A stretch of 64,000 nucleotides of DNA from Gaiellaceae bacterium. GTDB lineage: Bacteria; Actinomycetota; Thermoleophilia; Gaiellales; Gaiellaceae. The notes beneath the pieces were generated by a model that was given only the letters and a program-made list of their open reading frames with translations, had not been told where the DNA came from and did no database searches. Below, one piece after another: positions 1 to 10,107 of this stretch (the first letter of the stretch is position 1; every line of letters begins with the position of its first letter). The position numbers and the translations under genes are program-made. The stretch covers positions 1,462 to 65,461 of the forward strand of contig DASWRL010000047.1 in assembly GCA_036403195.1 (NCBI GenBank), read 5' to 3'.

Positions 1-9
1 AGAACCTTC

Positions 10-138
10 CTATCGACCCCGTCCTCGTGTGACGTAGCGGCCCTCCTCGTCGTAGACGCAGACCGCCATCCGGGCCGACTCGATCGCCTCCACCAGCAGC
101 GTGTCGTTGATGACTCCGTGAACATCAAACTTCTTCAT
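10..138 (-). pseudogene. 42-aa ORF resembling the start of a PAS-type sensor domain. Probably a truncated gene remnant.
   Basis: Not in the ORF track (<60 aa). My translation is MKKFDVHGVINDTLLVEAIESARMAVCVYDEEGRYVTRGRGR, ending at TAG (10-12). The LLxxAIESxxxAVxVxDxxGRYV pattern is PAS-like. GC is locally lower than the surroundings. Confidence 0.2.
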
Positions 139-297
139 CTTCTACATCTTGTTCTGGGCCAGACGGCTGGCGCAAGCGCCTAGGATTCCGACGCCGACCA
201 TCGAGCGCCGGGACGGTCTCGACGCAGACGGCGGCTTATTCCGTCCTGTCTCAGATGTTCGAGACCTCCAGGGCGCGAGAGGTGACTGCATCTGAGC

Positions 298-2763
298 TCA
301 CTCGGCCACGCCGACTGTGGCGATCGGCCGAGAGCGCAGCGCCCGCCGTGTGGGGAGCGCGATCGCGAGCAGCGACAGGACTGCGGAACCGCCGAGGATC
401 GCGGCCAGCGGCCGCGCACGGACATATGGGGTGTAGCCGCCGGTGAGGGCGTGGCTCAGCGGCAGCAGTGCGGTCGCGCTGATCGCCAGTCCGATCACGA
501 CGCCGATGGTCACGATCAGGACAGCTTCCCACCGTGCCATCGACCTGACCTGGCCGCGCGTCGCGCCGGTCAGTCGCAGGAGCGCCAGCTCCCGCCCGCG
601 GCGCAGGCCGATCATCGCCAGCGTGTTGACGACGGAGATCGACGTGAACGCGAAGATGATCGTGACGAAGAGCGGCGTGAGCCAGTGGTTTGTCGCGCGG
701 TCGGCATCGTCGGCGGTCGTGAGCGTTGCTGCCCGGTCGGTGACCCGTAGCCCCGGGTAGCGCCTGGCGAGCCTTCGCAGGCGTGGTGCGACGAGCGCCC
801 GGTGGGCTGTGCGGACGAGGACCACCTGCGCGAGCGGGTTCCCGAGGTGGCCGGCTGCGAGCTCGGGTGCGAGCAGCGCGTCGCCGAAGCCGAGGCCGCG
901 GGTGTAGATCGCTACGACTCGCGCGTGTGTCCGCGTCGCGTCGCCGAGCATCAGCGACACCCGGTCTCCCAGGTGCGCATGCGCACCGTCGGCACGTGTG
1001 CGACTGAGCGCGATCGCCGCGCCGTGCAGACGAGCGAGCGAGCCTGCCACGACTCCCACGTCGAGGCCGCCGCCTGCCCCGCCGTCGAGGACCTGCGCGG
1101 AGGTGACGTCGTCGGAGACTCCGATCCCGCCGGGGCCGAGCTCTGTCGGTGTGAGCGCGACCGCCGAAGCCACCCCGCGCGTTGCGCGCACGTCCTTGAG
1201 CGCGGCAGGCGGCAGTCCGACGCCGCCCGTGGAGACGGCGAGGTCCTCGGCGAGGCCGGCCGTCCGCTCGGCCTTGACAGCGTGGTCGGTGGTCGTGCTG
1301 CTGAAGAGCAACGTGCAGCTGAGGGCGACCGAGAGCACGAGCGGCGTGGTCGCCGACGAGAACCGCCGGGTCGCCGCACGGAGGTTCGCGGAGGCGAGGA
1401 AGCCACCGACGGGGGCGATCCGGGAGAGTGGCGGCGCGAGGACGAAGGCGGCGAGAAGCGCGACGAGCGGTCCGAGGAAACCCACGGCGGCGACGAGGAA
1501 GAGCGCTGTCATCTCCGAGGTGGCGGCTGCCGTCTGCGGGCTGTGCGTGAGGTTCGCGACCGAGAACAGCGGCACCGCCGCCGCGATCGAGATACCGCCT
1601 CCGATCAACCTCCCCAGCCCGATCGCTCGTGGCTCGACCGCTGCCTCGGCGAGTGCGCTCGTCGGCGCCACCCGCGATACGCGGCGGCCGGCGGCGTATA
1701 CGGCGAACAGCGCGACGAGGACGCCACCGCCGACTGCCGCGACTGCCGGCAGCGTCGCGGAGCCGACCGTGAAGCTCGGCGGTGCGATCGAGTGCCGCAC
1801 GAACCCCCGCGCGAGCGCCCGTCCGAGGGCCGCGCCGGGGACGACTCCGGACGCCGACGCGAGCAGCGAGACGATGGCCGCCTCCCACGCGATCATGCGG
1901 CGCACCTGGCCGGGTGTCGCGGCGACCGCACGCAGGAGCGCGATCTCCTGCTCACGTTGCTGAACGACCAGGGCCATCGTTCCGGCGACGACGAAGATCG
2001 CGATGAACATTCCGAGTCCGCCGAACGACGCGGCAACGGCGATCAACTGCGTCCGGTCCGACTGGACGGCGACTGACTCGGCCTTGCTCCGCGCAGCGCC
2101 CGTGAGCACAACGGCGCCGCCGGCCGCCGCCCGGAGGCGCTCCGGGTCGAAGCCGGGTGCGGCGAGGACGCCGATCGCGTCGACGCGGCCGGGATGGCCG
2201 GCGAGCCGCACGAGTTCGGAGTCGGTGAGGAACACCACCGGCAGCCCGGGTGCCGCGCGGGGGGCGCGCGCCACGCCGACGACGGTCGCGGTTCTGCCTC
2301 CGTCGGCCGCCGTCAGGCGCAGGTCCGTGCCGAGTGGAAGAGGCTGCGTGACGACCAGCTCGTTCGGCGCCGCGGGCGGGCGACCTGCGACGAGCCGGTA
2401 CGGCGCGAGCCGTGCGCTGCTCCAGCTGTGCGCCTGGACGTCGTGTGCGCCGAGACGAGCGACGACCGACGAATCGGCTATCGCCGCGCGTACGCCAGCT
2501 ACGCGAGCGAGCCGTTCGACGAGTGCGTCGCGGACGCGGACGGGCTCGTCCAGGATCACGTCGCGATCGGGGCCGACGTCTTGGTGGCCGGCGACGATGG
2601 CTGCGGCCGCCGCGTATCGCGTGACCGGGGGATGGCTTCGGAGCGCGGACTGGAGCAGCATGCCGCCCGCTGTGACGAGGACGGCCGATCCCGCGAGGGC
2701 GAGGAACGCGCCGAGGAACGTGCCGAGGCGCTTGCGCGCGGTGAGGATGGCCAGACGCAGCAC
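298..2763 (-). CDS. ABC transporter permease, FtsX/MacB-like, with two FtsX-type membrane modules
   Basis: 821-aa ORF. The N-terminus MLRLAILTARKRLGTFLGAFLALAGSAVLV is typical of FtsX-family permeases. Hydrophobic 4-TM blocks recur in the middle and at the C-terminus. GTG start lies 5 nt after the stop of the upstream ATPase gene. Confidence 0.9.
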   Translation of the reverse strand: MLRLAILTARKRLGTFLGAFLALAGSAVLVTAGGMLLQSALRSHPPVTRYAAAAAIVAGHQDVGPDRDVILDEPVRVRDALVERLARVAGVRAAIADSSVVARLGAHDVQAHSWSSARLAPYRLVAGRPPAAPNELVVTQPLPLGTDLRLTAADGGRTATVVGVARAPRAAPGLPVVFLTDSELVRLAGHPGRVDAIGVLAAPGFDPERLRAAAGGAVVLTGAARSKAESVAVQSDRTQLIAVAASFGGLGMFIAIFVVAGTMALVVQQREQEIALLRAVAATPGQVRRMIAWEAAIVSLLASASGVVPGAALGRALARGFVRHSIAPPSFTVGSATLPAVAAVGGGVLVALFAVYAAGRRVSRVAPTSALAEAAVEPRAIGLGRLIGGGISIAAAVPLFSVANLTHSPQTAAATSEMTALFLVAAVGFLGPLVALLAAFVLAPPLSRIAPVGGFLASANLRAATRRFSSATTPLVLSVALSCTLLFSSTTTDHAVKAERTAGLAEDLAVSTGGVGLPPAALKDVRATRGVASAVALTPTELGPGGIGVSDDVTSAQVLDGGAGGGLDVGVVAGSLARLHGAAIALSRTRADGAHAHLGDRVSLMLGDATRTHARVVAIYTRGLGFGDALLAPELAAGHLGNPLAQVVLVRTAHRALVAPRLRRLARRYPGLRVTDRAATLTTADDADRATNHWLTPLFVTIIFAFTSISVVNTLAMIGLRRGRELALLRLTGATRGQVRSMARWEAVLIVTIGVVIGLAISATALLPLSHALTGGYTPYVRARPLAAILGGSAVLSLLAIALPTRRALRSRPIATVGVAE

Positions 2764-2768
2764 GTTCG

Positions 2769-3539
2769 TCAGTCCCCGAGGTGGGCGAGGCGCTCTGCGA
2801 CCCCGTCTGCGTCGGGATGGTCGATGGAACCCGCGATGCGCCCGTCGGCGAGCAGCAGCGCCTGATCGGCGTAGGTCGCCGCCGCCGGATCGTGCGTGAC
2901 CATCACGACGGTCTGGCCTTCGTCGGCGAGCTCGCGCAGGAGCGCGAGGACCGACCGTCCGTTCTTGGTGTCGAGGGCGCCGGTCGGTTCGTCCGCGAAC
3001 AGCACCTCGGGTCGTGTGATCAGCGCACGCGCGATCGCGACCCGCTGCTGCTGTCCGCCCGAGAGCTGCGACGGATAGTGACGCAACCGATCGCCGAGGC
3101 CGACGCGCGCGGCGACCGAGCGCACGTCCGCGCGCCGAGGGCGCCGCCGGTCGAGGCGCAGCGGGAGCCCGATGTTCTGGGCAACGGTCAGCGACGGCAT
3201 CAGGTTGAACGCCTGGAAGACGAAGCCGACACGCTGCCGGCGCAGGATCGTGAGACGGCGCTCGCTGAGCTTCCCGAGCTCGAGATCACCGAGTGCCACT
3301 GAACCGGACGTGGGCCGGTCGAGACCGGCTGCCACGTGCAGGAAGGTGCTCTTGCCCGACCCCGACGGGCCCATGACGGCTGTGAAGGAGCCGCGCGCGA
3401 GCGACGCCGAAACGGCGTCGAGCGCGACGACGGCGCCGTCGCCGCGACCGTGCACCTTCCGGACGTCGCGCAAGGCGACGGCGGCGGCGGTCGTCGTCGA
3501 GCGGGTCGTGGATCGTGGTGTGGCGAACAGGCGGGGCAT
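2769..3539 (-). CDS. ABC transporter ATP-binding protein (MacB/LolD-like)
   Basis: Walker [11 protein letters not shown]-loop, signature [15 protein letters not shown] and Walker [15 protein letters not shown] at 3539-3537 is preceded by GAGGAG. The track ORF to 4472 is an N-terminal over-extension. Confidence 0.93.
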   Translation of the reverse strand: MPRLFATPRSTTRSTTTAAAVALRDVRKVHGRGDGAVVALDAVSASLARGSFTAVMGPSGSGKSTFLHVAAGLDRPTSGSVALGDLELGKLSERRLTILRRQRVGFVFQAFNLMPSLTVAQNIGLPLRLDRRRPRRADVRSVAARVGLGDRLRHYPSQLSGGQQQRVAIARALITRPEVLFADEPTGALDTKNGRSVLALLRELADEGQTVVMVTHDPAAATYADQALLLADGRIAGSIDHPDADGVAERLAHLGD

Positions 3540-3558
3540 GGGACTCCTCTGATTGCGG

Positions 3559-3801
3559 CTAGGGGATCTGGACGTCGGTGACGCGCGAGATGGTCGTTCT
3601 GGCGGCGACGTAGGCGGGTAGCAGAGCGAGAGCGTCCGTTTCGCTCGCGGCTTCGACGGTCCACCAGATCGCGTGGCCGCCCGAGCGGCACGAGGCGAGC
3701 GTCGGCTGGTGGCGGAGAGGGCTGTCGTGGCCTCTGAACGACGCGAACACGACGGAGCACTCGTGCGACTCGTGGCGGTGCTGAAGGAGGAACCGGAACA
3801 T
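3559..3801 (-). CDS. Small His/Cys-containing hypothetical protein (80 aa), first gene of the ABC exporter operon
   Basis: ORF MFRFLLQHRHESHECSVVFASFRGHDSPLRH...WWTVEAASETDALALLPAYVAARTTISRVTDVQIP. GC3 is high. It ends 19 nt upstream of the ATPase start. Confidence 0.5.
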   Translation of the reverse strand: MFRFLLQHRHESHECSVVFASFRGHDSPLRHQPTLASCRSGGHAIWWTVEAASETDALALLPAYVAARTTISRVTDVQIP

Positions 3802-3911
3802 GACGTGAGCCTGGCGCTGCGCCGCGCGGCCGACATCGGGGTACCACCCTGAACCCGCACCCTGATTTCTCGATCCGAAAGTCGTCGTCTATTCTCGGAG
3901 CGAGGAGGCAG

Positions 3912-6824
3912 ATGCGCGGGGTGAGTGACCGGCTCGTCGGGCGTGGCGAGGAGACGAGCGTTCTCGATCACGTGCTCGAGCTGATCGACGGCGGCGAAGC
4001 GGCGGCGCTCGAGGTCGCGGGCGAAGCAGGGATCGGAAAGAGCCGGCTCCTCGTCGAGCTCGCCGCACGCGCCGATGCGCGTAACCTCCTCGTGCTCTCC
4101 GGGTCGAGCTCGGAGTTCGAGCGCGACCTGCCGTTCTCGGTCTTCCTCGACGCCCTCGACGACTACCTCCGCGGCCTGGAGCCCGGTCTGCTCGACGCGC
4201 TCGACGCGGACGTACGGGCAGAGCTGGCCCTCGTCTTCCCGTCGGTGCCCGCTCCCGCAGGGGCAACCGACGCCGATCAGCGGCACGAGCGCCACCGCAG
4301 CCATCGAGCCGTGCGGATCCTGCTCGAGGAGCTCTCGCGGCGGATGCCGCTCGTGCTGATCCTCGACGACCTTCATTGGGCGGACGCGGCATCCCTCGAG
4401 CTCGTCGCTGCCTTGTTGCGACGCCCGCCGTCGGCGGCAGTCCTGACGGCGTTCGCGCTGCGGCCGCGTCAAGCGCCGGAGCGCCTCTCAGCGGCGCTCG
4501 AGCGCGCGGCCCGCGATGGCGTGTTGACGCGCGTCACGTTGAATGGCTTGACACTTGGGGAGGCTCGCGAGCTCCTCGCCGACATTCCGGAGCCCAGCGC
4601 GGCCGAGCTCTACCGGCAGACGGGCGGCAATCCCTTTTACCTCGAGCAGTTGGCGCGGCACCGCGGCGGTGGCGACACGGAAGCGGCTGCCGGGCTGACG
4701 TCGGAGGGAGTACCGCCGGCGGTCGCGGCCTCGCTCGCGGAGGAACTGGCGCTCCTTTCTCCCGCTGCCCGACGCGTGCTCGAGGGAGCGGCGGTCGCCG
4801 GCGACCCGTTCGAGCCGGAGCTCGCTGCGACGGCCGCCGCAGTGTCGGAGGACGCCGCGATGGACGGGATCGACGAGCTTCTCCGCCTCGACCTCGTGCG
4901 GACGACGTCGCTTCCCCGCCGGTTCCGCTTCCGCCACCCGCTCGTACGCAACGCGCTCTACGAGACGACCGCGGCGGGCTGGCGGCTCGGAGCCCACGAG
5001 CGCTGTGCGGCCGCGCTCGCTGAGCGCGAGGCGCCGGCGGCCACTCGCGCGCACCACGTGGAGCGGTCTGCCCGTGAAGGCGACTCGGAGGCAGTTCGCC
5101 TGCTGGAGCAGGCCGGCCATGAGTCGCTCCAGCTGGCGCCCGGGAGCGCGGCGCACTGGTTCCAGGCGGCGATCCGTGTCCTGCCCCACAGCGCGCCCGC
5201 AACGGAGCGGATCGAGCTCCTACGAGCACGTTCCAGGGCCTTGACCGCCGCCGGACGCTTCGCCGAGAGTCACGGCTCGCTGCTCGAGGCGCTCACGCTC
5301 GCTCCAGCGGGATGCGACGAGCTTTTCGCGAGCCTTACCCGCTCCTGTGCGACCGTGGAGACGCTACTCGGTCGACCGCAACAGGCTGCCGAGCGGCTCC
5401 GAAACGCACTGTCACGGCTGCAGGCGGAGCCTTCGCGCGATCGGATCGCGCTCACGCTCGAGCTGGCGGTGAACGACCTCTACCGCTCGCGCTTCGCGTC
5501 GATGCACGAGTCAGCACGCTCTGCCGTCGCGGACGCGCGGGCACTCGGCGACGCACCGTTCATCGCCGCGGCACTCGCGGTCGCGAGCTTCGCCGAGTCG
5601 CTGATGGGAGACGCGGACACGGCCGAGGCGAGCCGATCCGAAGCGGCATCGCTCGTCGACTCGATACCGGACGACGATCTCGCGCGGTACGTCGAGAGCG
5701 CTGCGTGGCTCGGCGGCGTGGAGCTGTACCTCGACCGGTATGCCGAAGCCGACGGTCACGCGGCGCGCGCGCTGGCGGTCGCCCGGGCAAGGGGGCAGAG
5801 CGAGCTCTTCCTCGTGCTCGTCCAGATCCTCGGGGGCGTCTGGCGCCAGCGCGGGAAGCTCAGCCAGGCCGCCGAGCTCCTCGACGGCGGGATCGAGGCG
5901 GCACGGCTCCTCGACAACACACACGCGCTCGTGTGGAACCTCTCCGGCCGCTCGAGCGTCGCGCTCCCGTTGGGCGACGTCTCGCTCGCGCTCGCGACGG
6001 CGGAGGAAGCCGTGCAGCTCAGCCGAGGCGGCGAGGCGACCTTCCACGCAGCCGAAGCGGCAGCCGTGCTTGCCGCCGCGTCCCTCGAGGCCGGAGAGGC
6101 GGAACGGGCGGTCGATCTGCTCCTCCGCCACGCAGGCGGCGAAGGGTTGGAGCTGATCGCAGGCAGCCCCCGCGCCGGGTACCTCGAGCTCCTGACGCGC
6201 TGCCGGCTCACACTCGATCGCCTCGACGACGCCGCACGCTCATCCGAGCACGCCGAGGCGTGGGCGGCGTCCGTGCAGCTTCCGATGGCAGCGGCGTGGG
6301 CGGCGCGGGCGGTCGCCGCCGTCAGCCTCCACCGCGGCGACGCCGGTCGCGCGGCGGAGCAGGCGCTTGCCTCCGCGGCCGCAGCGGACGCCGTCGGCGC
6401 CCCCGTCGAAGCGGCCGTCTCGAGAGTCATCGCCGGTCGAGCGCTCGCCTTGTCGGGCGACCGGGACGTTGCGATCGCCGAGCTCCAAAAGGCGGCGGCC
6501 GGCCTGGAGGCGCACGGCTGCAGCCGGTACCTCGGCGAAGCCGAGCGAGAGCTCGGGCGCCTGGGCCACCGTGTGCACCGCCGCAGCGCCGCCGGGAAGG
6601 CGGACGGGACGCGGCTCGAGTCGCTGACGGGCCGCGAGCTCGAGATCGCCCGTCTCGTCGTCGACCGGATGACCAACACGCAGATCGCGGCGGAGCTGTT
6701 CCTGAGCCAGAAGACGGTCGAGACCCACCTGCGAAACATCTTCCGCAAGGTTGGAGTGCAGTCACGCGTCGAGCTTGCGCGCACGGTCGAGCTCGCGGCC
6801 GGGGCGCGGCCGGCGACCCCGTAG
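3912..6824 (+). CDS. Large ATP-binding LuxR-family regulator (LAL type: AAA/NTPase, TPR-like region, C-terminal LuxR HTH)
   Basis: N-terminal P-loop GEAGIGKSRLL with DDLHWAD. The C-terminus LTGRELEIARLVVDRMTNTQIAAELFLSQKTVETHLRNIFRKVGV is a GerE/LuxR HTH. GAGGAGG RBS lies before the ATG. Confidence 0.9.
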   Translation: MRGVSDRLVGRGEETSVLDHVLELIDGGEAAALEVAGEAGIGKSRLLVELAARADARNLLVLSGSSSEFERDLPFSVFLDALDDYLRGLEPGLLDALDADVRAELALVFPSVPAPAGATDADQRHERHRSHRAVRILLEELSRRMPLVLILDDLHWADAASLELVAALLRRPPSAAVLTAFALRPRQAPERLSAALERAARDGVLTRVTLNGLTLGEARELLADIPEPSAAELYRQTGGNPFYLEQLARHRGGGDTEAAAGLTSEGVPPAVAASLAEELALLSPAARRVLEGAAVAGDPFEPELAATAAAVSEDAAMDGIDELLRLDLVRTTSLPRRFRFRHPLVRNALYETTAAGWRLGAHERCAAALAEREAPAATRAHHVERSAREGDSEAVRLLEQAGHESLQLAPGSAAHWFQAAIRVLPHSAPATERIELLRARSRALTAAGRFAESHGSLLEALTLAPAGCDELFASLTRSCATVETLLGRPQQAAERLRNALSRLQAEPSRDRIALTLELAVNDLYRSRFASMHESARSAVADARALGDAPFIAAALAVASFAESLMGDADTAEASRSEAASLVDSIPDDDLARYVESAAWLGGVELYLDRYAEADGHAARALAVARARGQSELFLVLVQILGGVWRQRGKLSQAAELLDGGIEAARLLDNTHALVWNLSGRSSVALPLGDVSLALATAEEAVQLSRGGEATFHAAEAAAVLAAASLEAGEAERAVDLLLRHAGGEGLELIAGSPRAGYLELLTRCRLTLDRLDDAARSSEHAEAWAASVQLPMAAAWAARAVAAVSLHRGDAGRAAEQALASAAAADAVGAPVEAAVSRVIAGRALALSGDRDVAIAELQKAAAGLEAHGCSRYLGEAERELGRLGHRVHRRSAAGKADGTRLESLTGRELEIARLVVDRMTNTQIAAELFLSQKTVETHLRNIFRKVGVQSRVELARTVELAAGARPATP

Positions 6825-6925
6825 TTCGAATCAGGGTACGAGCTCAGGGTGGTGCCCCGATGTCGGCGGAGGCGCGCGAGCGCACGCTCGTTCGACCTTG
6901 CCTACACCTCGAAAGGAGCACCGCT

Positions 6926-9163
6926 GTGTCACCCGTCAGCCTCAGCACCAATCTCGCGGCTCGCATCGGCCGTTGGAGCGCTTCGCACTGGAAGAGCGCC
7001 ACCTTCGGGTGGCTCGCGTTCGTCGCCCTCTCGTTCGCGGTCGGGAACCTGATCGGGACGAAGACGATCGACCCGAATGCTTCCGGGTCGGGAGAGTCGG
7101 GACACGTCATGAAGGTGCTGGCGAAGGAGTTCAAGCAGCCGGCACACGAGAACGTGCTCGTGCGGAGCACACATGGCACAACCAGTGACCCGACCTTCGG
7201 CCGCGCGGTCGCCGCAGTCGTGGCCACGCTCCAGAAGCAGGCCGCGGTCCGCGATGTTCAGTCGCCGTTCGCCGCGGGCAATGCCGGCCAGATCTCGAAG
7301 GACGGCCGTGCGGCGCTCGTGCAGTTCAAGCTGCGAGGCACGGAGCTCGCCCAGTCCGACAAGGATGTCGTGCCGGTCGAGGCGGCGATCACCAAGCTGC
7401 AGCAGTCGTATCCCTCCCTCTCGATCGGCGAGTTCGGCGACGCCAGCGTCGACGAGCAACTCAACAAGCAGGTCACGAAGGACTTCAGCAAGGCCGGCAC
7501 GTTCTCGTTGCCGGTGACGCTGCTCGTCCTCATCGTGGCGTTCGGCGCCCTCATCGCCGCCGGATTGCCGTTGCTGCTCGGCCTGACCGCCGTCGGGGCG
7601 ACGATCGGCCTCGTCGCGCTTCCGAGTCACCTGATCCCGATGGACCAGAACGTGAGCGTGGTCGTGATGCTGATCGGGCTCGCCGTCGGCGTCGACTACT
7701 CGATGTTCTACTTGAAGCGCGAACGCGAGGAGCGACGTGCAGGCCTCGGAGACCGAGCGGCGCTCGAGGCCGCCGCAGCGACCTCGGGTCGTGCGGTCCT
7801 GATCTCCGGCCTGACCGTGATGGTCGCGATGGCGGGCCTGCTCCTGACGGGCGATCCCACCTTCAAGAGCTTCGGCATGGCGACGATCATCGTCGTCGGC
7901 GTCGCCGTGCTCGGGTCGCTGACAGTGTTGCCGGCGCTCCTGTCGAAGCTCGGCGACAGGGTCGACAAACCGCGGATCCCGCTCCTCTCACGGCTCGGCC
8001 GCCCTCGCCAGGGCGGAAGCCGCTTCTGGAACACCGTGCTCGACCGCGTGCTTCGCCACCCCGTGGTCGCGACGGTCGGCGCCGGTGGGGCGCTGATCGC
8101 ACTCGCAGTCCCGGCGCTGCACATGCACACGGTCACGCCCGGGCCCGAGACGTTCCCGAAGTCGATCCCGGTGATGAAGGTGTATGACGAGATGCAGAAG
8201 TCGTTCCCCGGCGGAAGCATTCCCGCCGTCGTGATGATCAAGACCGGCGACGCCTCGGCCGTCCGAGTGCGGAGGGCGATCGCAAACCTGCGCAGGCAGG
8301 CCGTCGCCACGGGCGAGTTCAACAACCCGACGTCGGTGTCGATCAACGGCAGCGGCACCGTGGCCGCCGTCTCACTGCCGATCGCCGGCAGCGGAACGGA
8401 CACCGCCTCCAACCACGCGCTCGAGACCCTGCGTGAAACCGTCATCCCGAACACCGTCGGGAGGATCCCGAGCGCCGATATCGGCGTCGCGGGAACGACG
8501 GCGAGCTCGTACGACTTCAACGTGCAGATGAAGCACGCCGCACCGTTCGTGCTCGCGTTCGTCCTGGCGCTCGCGTTCGTGCTGCTCCTCATGACGTTCA
8601 GGTCAGTCGTGATCGCGGCCAAGGCGGTCGTGCTCAACCTCCTGTCCGTTGCCGCGGCCTACGGCGTGCTGGTCCTCGTCTTCCAGCACGGCATCGGGAA
8701 GGGCCTGCTCGGATTCGACGACGCCGGCGGCGGCGTGGTCGCATTCCTGCCGATCTTCCTCTTCGTGATCCTGTTCGGGCTCTCGATGGACTACCACGTC
8801 TTCATCCTCAGCCGGATCCGCGAGGCCCACGACCGCGGGATGTCGACGAACGACGCGATCGCCTTCGGCATCAAGTCGACCGCATCCGTGGTCACGAGCG
8901 CGGCGCTCGTGATGGTCGGCGTCTTCTCGATCTTCGGGACGCTGTCGTTCCTGTTCCTGAAGGAGTTCGGCGTCGGGCTCGCCGCCGCCGTGCTGATCGA
9001 CGCCACACTCGTCCGGGCAGTCCTACTGCCCGCGGCGATGAAGCTGCTCGGCGACGCGAACTGGTACATGCCACGGTCGCTCGAATGGCTCCCGCGGCTC
9101 GGTTCCGAGACCTCGGGAACGACCGCTCCGACGGCCGAGCCGTCCTACGAGGCAGCCGCCTGA
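6926..9163 (+). CDS. MMPL/RND-superfamily membrane transporter
   Basis: Two 6-TM blocks separated by soluble loops, with motifs VGVDYSMFYL and GLSMDYHVFILSRIREA. GTG at 6926 follows AAGGAG. The track ORF from 5312 is a read-through of the upstream gene region. Confidence 0.88.
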   Translation: MSPVSLSTNLAARIGRWSASHWKSATFGWLAFVALSFAVGNLIGTKTIDPNASGSGESGHVMKVLAKEFKQPAHENVLVRSTHGTTSDPTFGRAVAAVVATLQKQAAVRDVQSPFAAGNAGQISKDGRAALVQFKLRGTELAQSDKDVVPVEAAITKLQQSYPSLSIGEFGDASVDEQLNKQVTKDFSKAGTFSLPVTLLVLIVAFGALIAAGLPLLLGLTAVGATIGLVALPSHLIPMDQNVSVVVMLIGLAVGVDYSMFYLKREREERRAGLGDRAALEAAAATSGRAVLISGLTVMVAMAGLLLTGDPTFKSFGMATIIVVGVAVLGSLTVLPALLSKLGDRVDKPRIPLLSRLGRPRQGGSRFWNTVLDRVLRHPVVATVGAGGALIALAVPALHMHTVTPGPETFPKSIPVMKVYDEMQKSFPGGSIPAVVMIKTGDASAVRVRRAIANLRRQAVATGEFNNPTSVSINGSGTVAAVSLPIAGSGTDTASNHALETLRETVIPNTVGRIPSADIGVAGTTASSYDFNVQMKHAAPFVLAFVLALAFVLLLMTFRSVVIAAKAVVLNLLSVAAAYGVLVLVFQHGIGKGLLGFDDAGGGVVAFLPIFLFVILFGLSMDYHVFILSRIREAHDRGMSTNDAIAFGIKSTASVVTSAALVMVGVFSIFGTLSFLFLKEFGVGLAAAVLIDATLVRAVLLPAAMKLLGDANWYMPRSLEWLPRLGSETSGTTAPTAEPSYEAAA

Positions 9164-9903
9164 TGACGCAGCAGGTCGCCCTCTTCCGCAACCTGCGGGA
9201 GAGGGCGACCGGTGCGGACTCCACCATGACGAGCAACCACACCCACACCGGACGGCGCAGGGCCCAATTCGCGGGCGCCTGCGGGCTCCTCGCCTTCATC
9301 ACCTTCAACCTCGGCTGGATCGCCGCCGACACAAGCCAGCCGCGGACGTTCAGCCCCATGCACGACGACATCTCCGATCTCGGCGCGTTGACCGCGAAGA
9401 GCCCCTGGCTCTACAACCAGCTCGGCGCGAACCTCTCCGGCCTGCTCCTGGTCGTGCTCGGGATCGGCATCTGGCGAGCGCTGCCACACCGGCACCGCGG
9501 CGTCCTCGGTCTCCTCGCGGCAGCTGCCGTCGTGACAGGCGGTGTAGGGACGTTCCTCGACGGCCTCTTCCGACTCGACTGCCGAGGAATCGACAACGCC
9601 TGCAGCAACGACTCATGGCACTCCCACGCCCACAAGATCGAGTCCGGCGTCACCGTCGGCGCCATCTTCGTCTCGCTGGTGATCCTCCCGCTCGTGCTCC
9701 GCCGCCTCGGCGGGACACGGTGGCGGCCGATGGCAGCCGCACTCCCCGCCGTGCTGGCGGCGAACGTCGTCTTCTCCGTCCTCGGCGACGGAGCAGCCAC
9801 CCGAGCCGGCACCGTCGTCGTCTTCGCCTCGCTCGCGTACGCCGGTCTCGAACTGACCGCTTTCAGTCGCGGACGCATCGGACCACCGGGGACGTCGCCT
9901 TGA
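9163..9903 (+). CDS. DUF998-like integral membrane protein
   Basis: Multi-TM protein with ISDLGALTAKSPWLYNQLGANLSGLLLVVLGIG. ATG overlaps the MMPL stop (TGATG). An alternative start is at 9226. Confidence 0.6.
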   Translation: MTQQVALFRNLRERATGADSTMTSNHTHTGRRRAQFAGACGLLAFITFNLGWIAADTSQPRTFSPMHDDISDLGALTAKSPWLYNQLGANLSGLLLVVLGIGIWRALPHRHRGVLGLLAAAAVVTGGVGTFLDGLFRLDCRGIDNACSNDSWHSHAHKIESGVTVGAIFVSLVILPLVLRRLGGTRWRPMAAALPAVLAANVVFSVLGDGAATRAGTVVVFASLAYAGLELTAFSRGRIGPPGTSP

Positions 9904-10107
9904 CCTTTGGCCACGTCACCAGGTCGGCCACTGAACGGGCAGCGGATGACTGCGCGTGGTCGGGCTTACACCCTGGACCTCGCCGCGCCGCCCGTTTAGA
10001 GTCCGCTCTGCATCCAGAGCAGCGTCAGCTGCACCAACCGGCCTCGTCGCACGGTGGTGATCACGATGCGGCCCCTCGCGGGCAACGGCGAACGAAGGAG
10101 GAACCAG

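Noticed and set aside
251-1888. Long ORFs overlapping the FtsX permease gene (251-1888 in another frame of the same strand; 802-2076 and 998-1963 on the plus strand)
   Set aside because: Their translations are Arg/Pro/Gly/Ala-rich low-complexity strings, typical of off-frame reading in very GC-rich DNA. The frame at 298-2763 has clear FtsX membrane topology.
6824-6850. tRNA-like T-loop string GTTCGAATC just after the LuxR gene stop
   Set aside because: The flanking bases do not form a T-stem (CCCCG versus CAGGG). No acceptor or anticodon arms can be drawn, so this is not a tRNA.
5312-6925. N-terminal 538 codons of the 1283-aa track ORF (5312-9163)
   Set aside because: This part is an out-of-frame read through the LuxR/LAL gene and is Arg-rich nonsense. 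The MMPL protein starts at GTG 6926, after an AAGGAG RBS.
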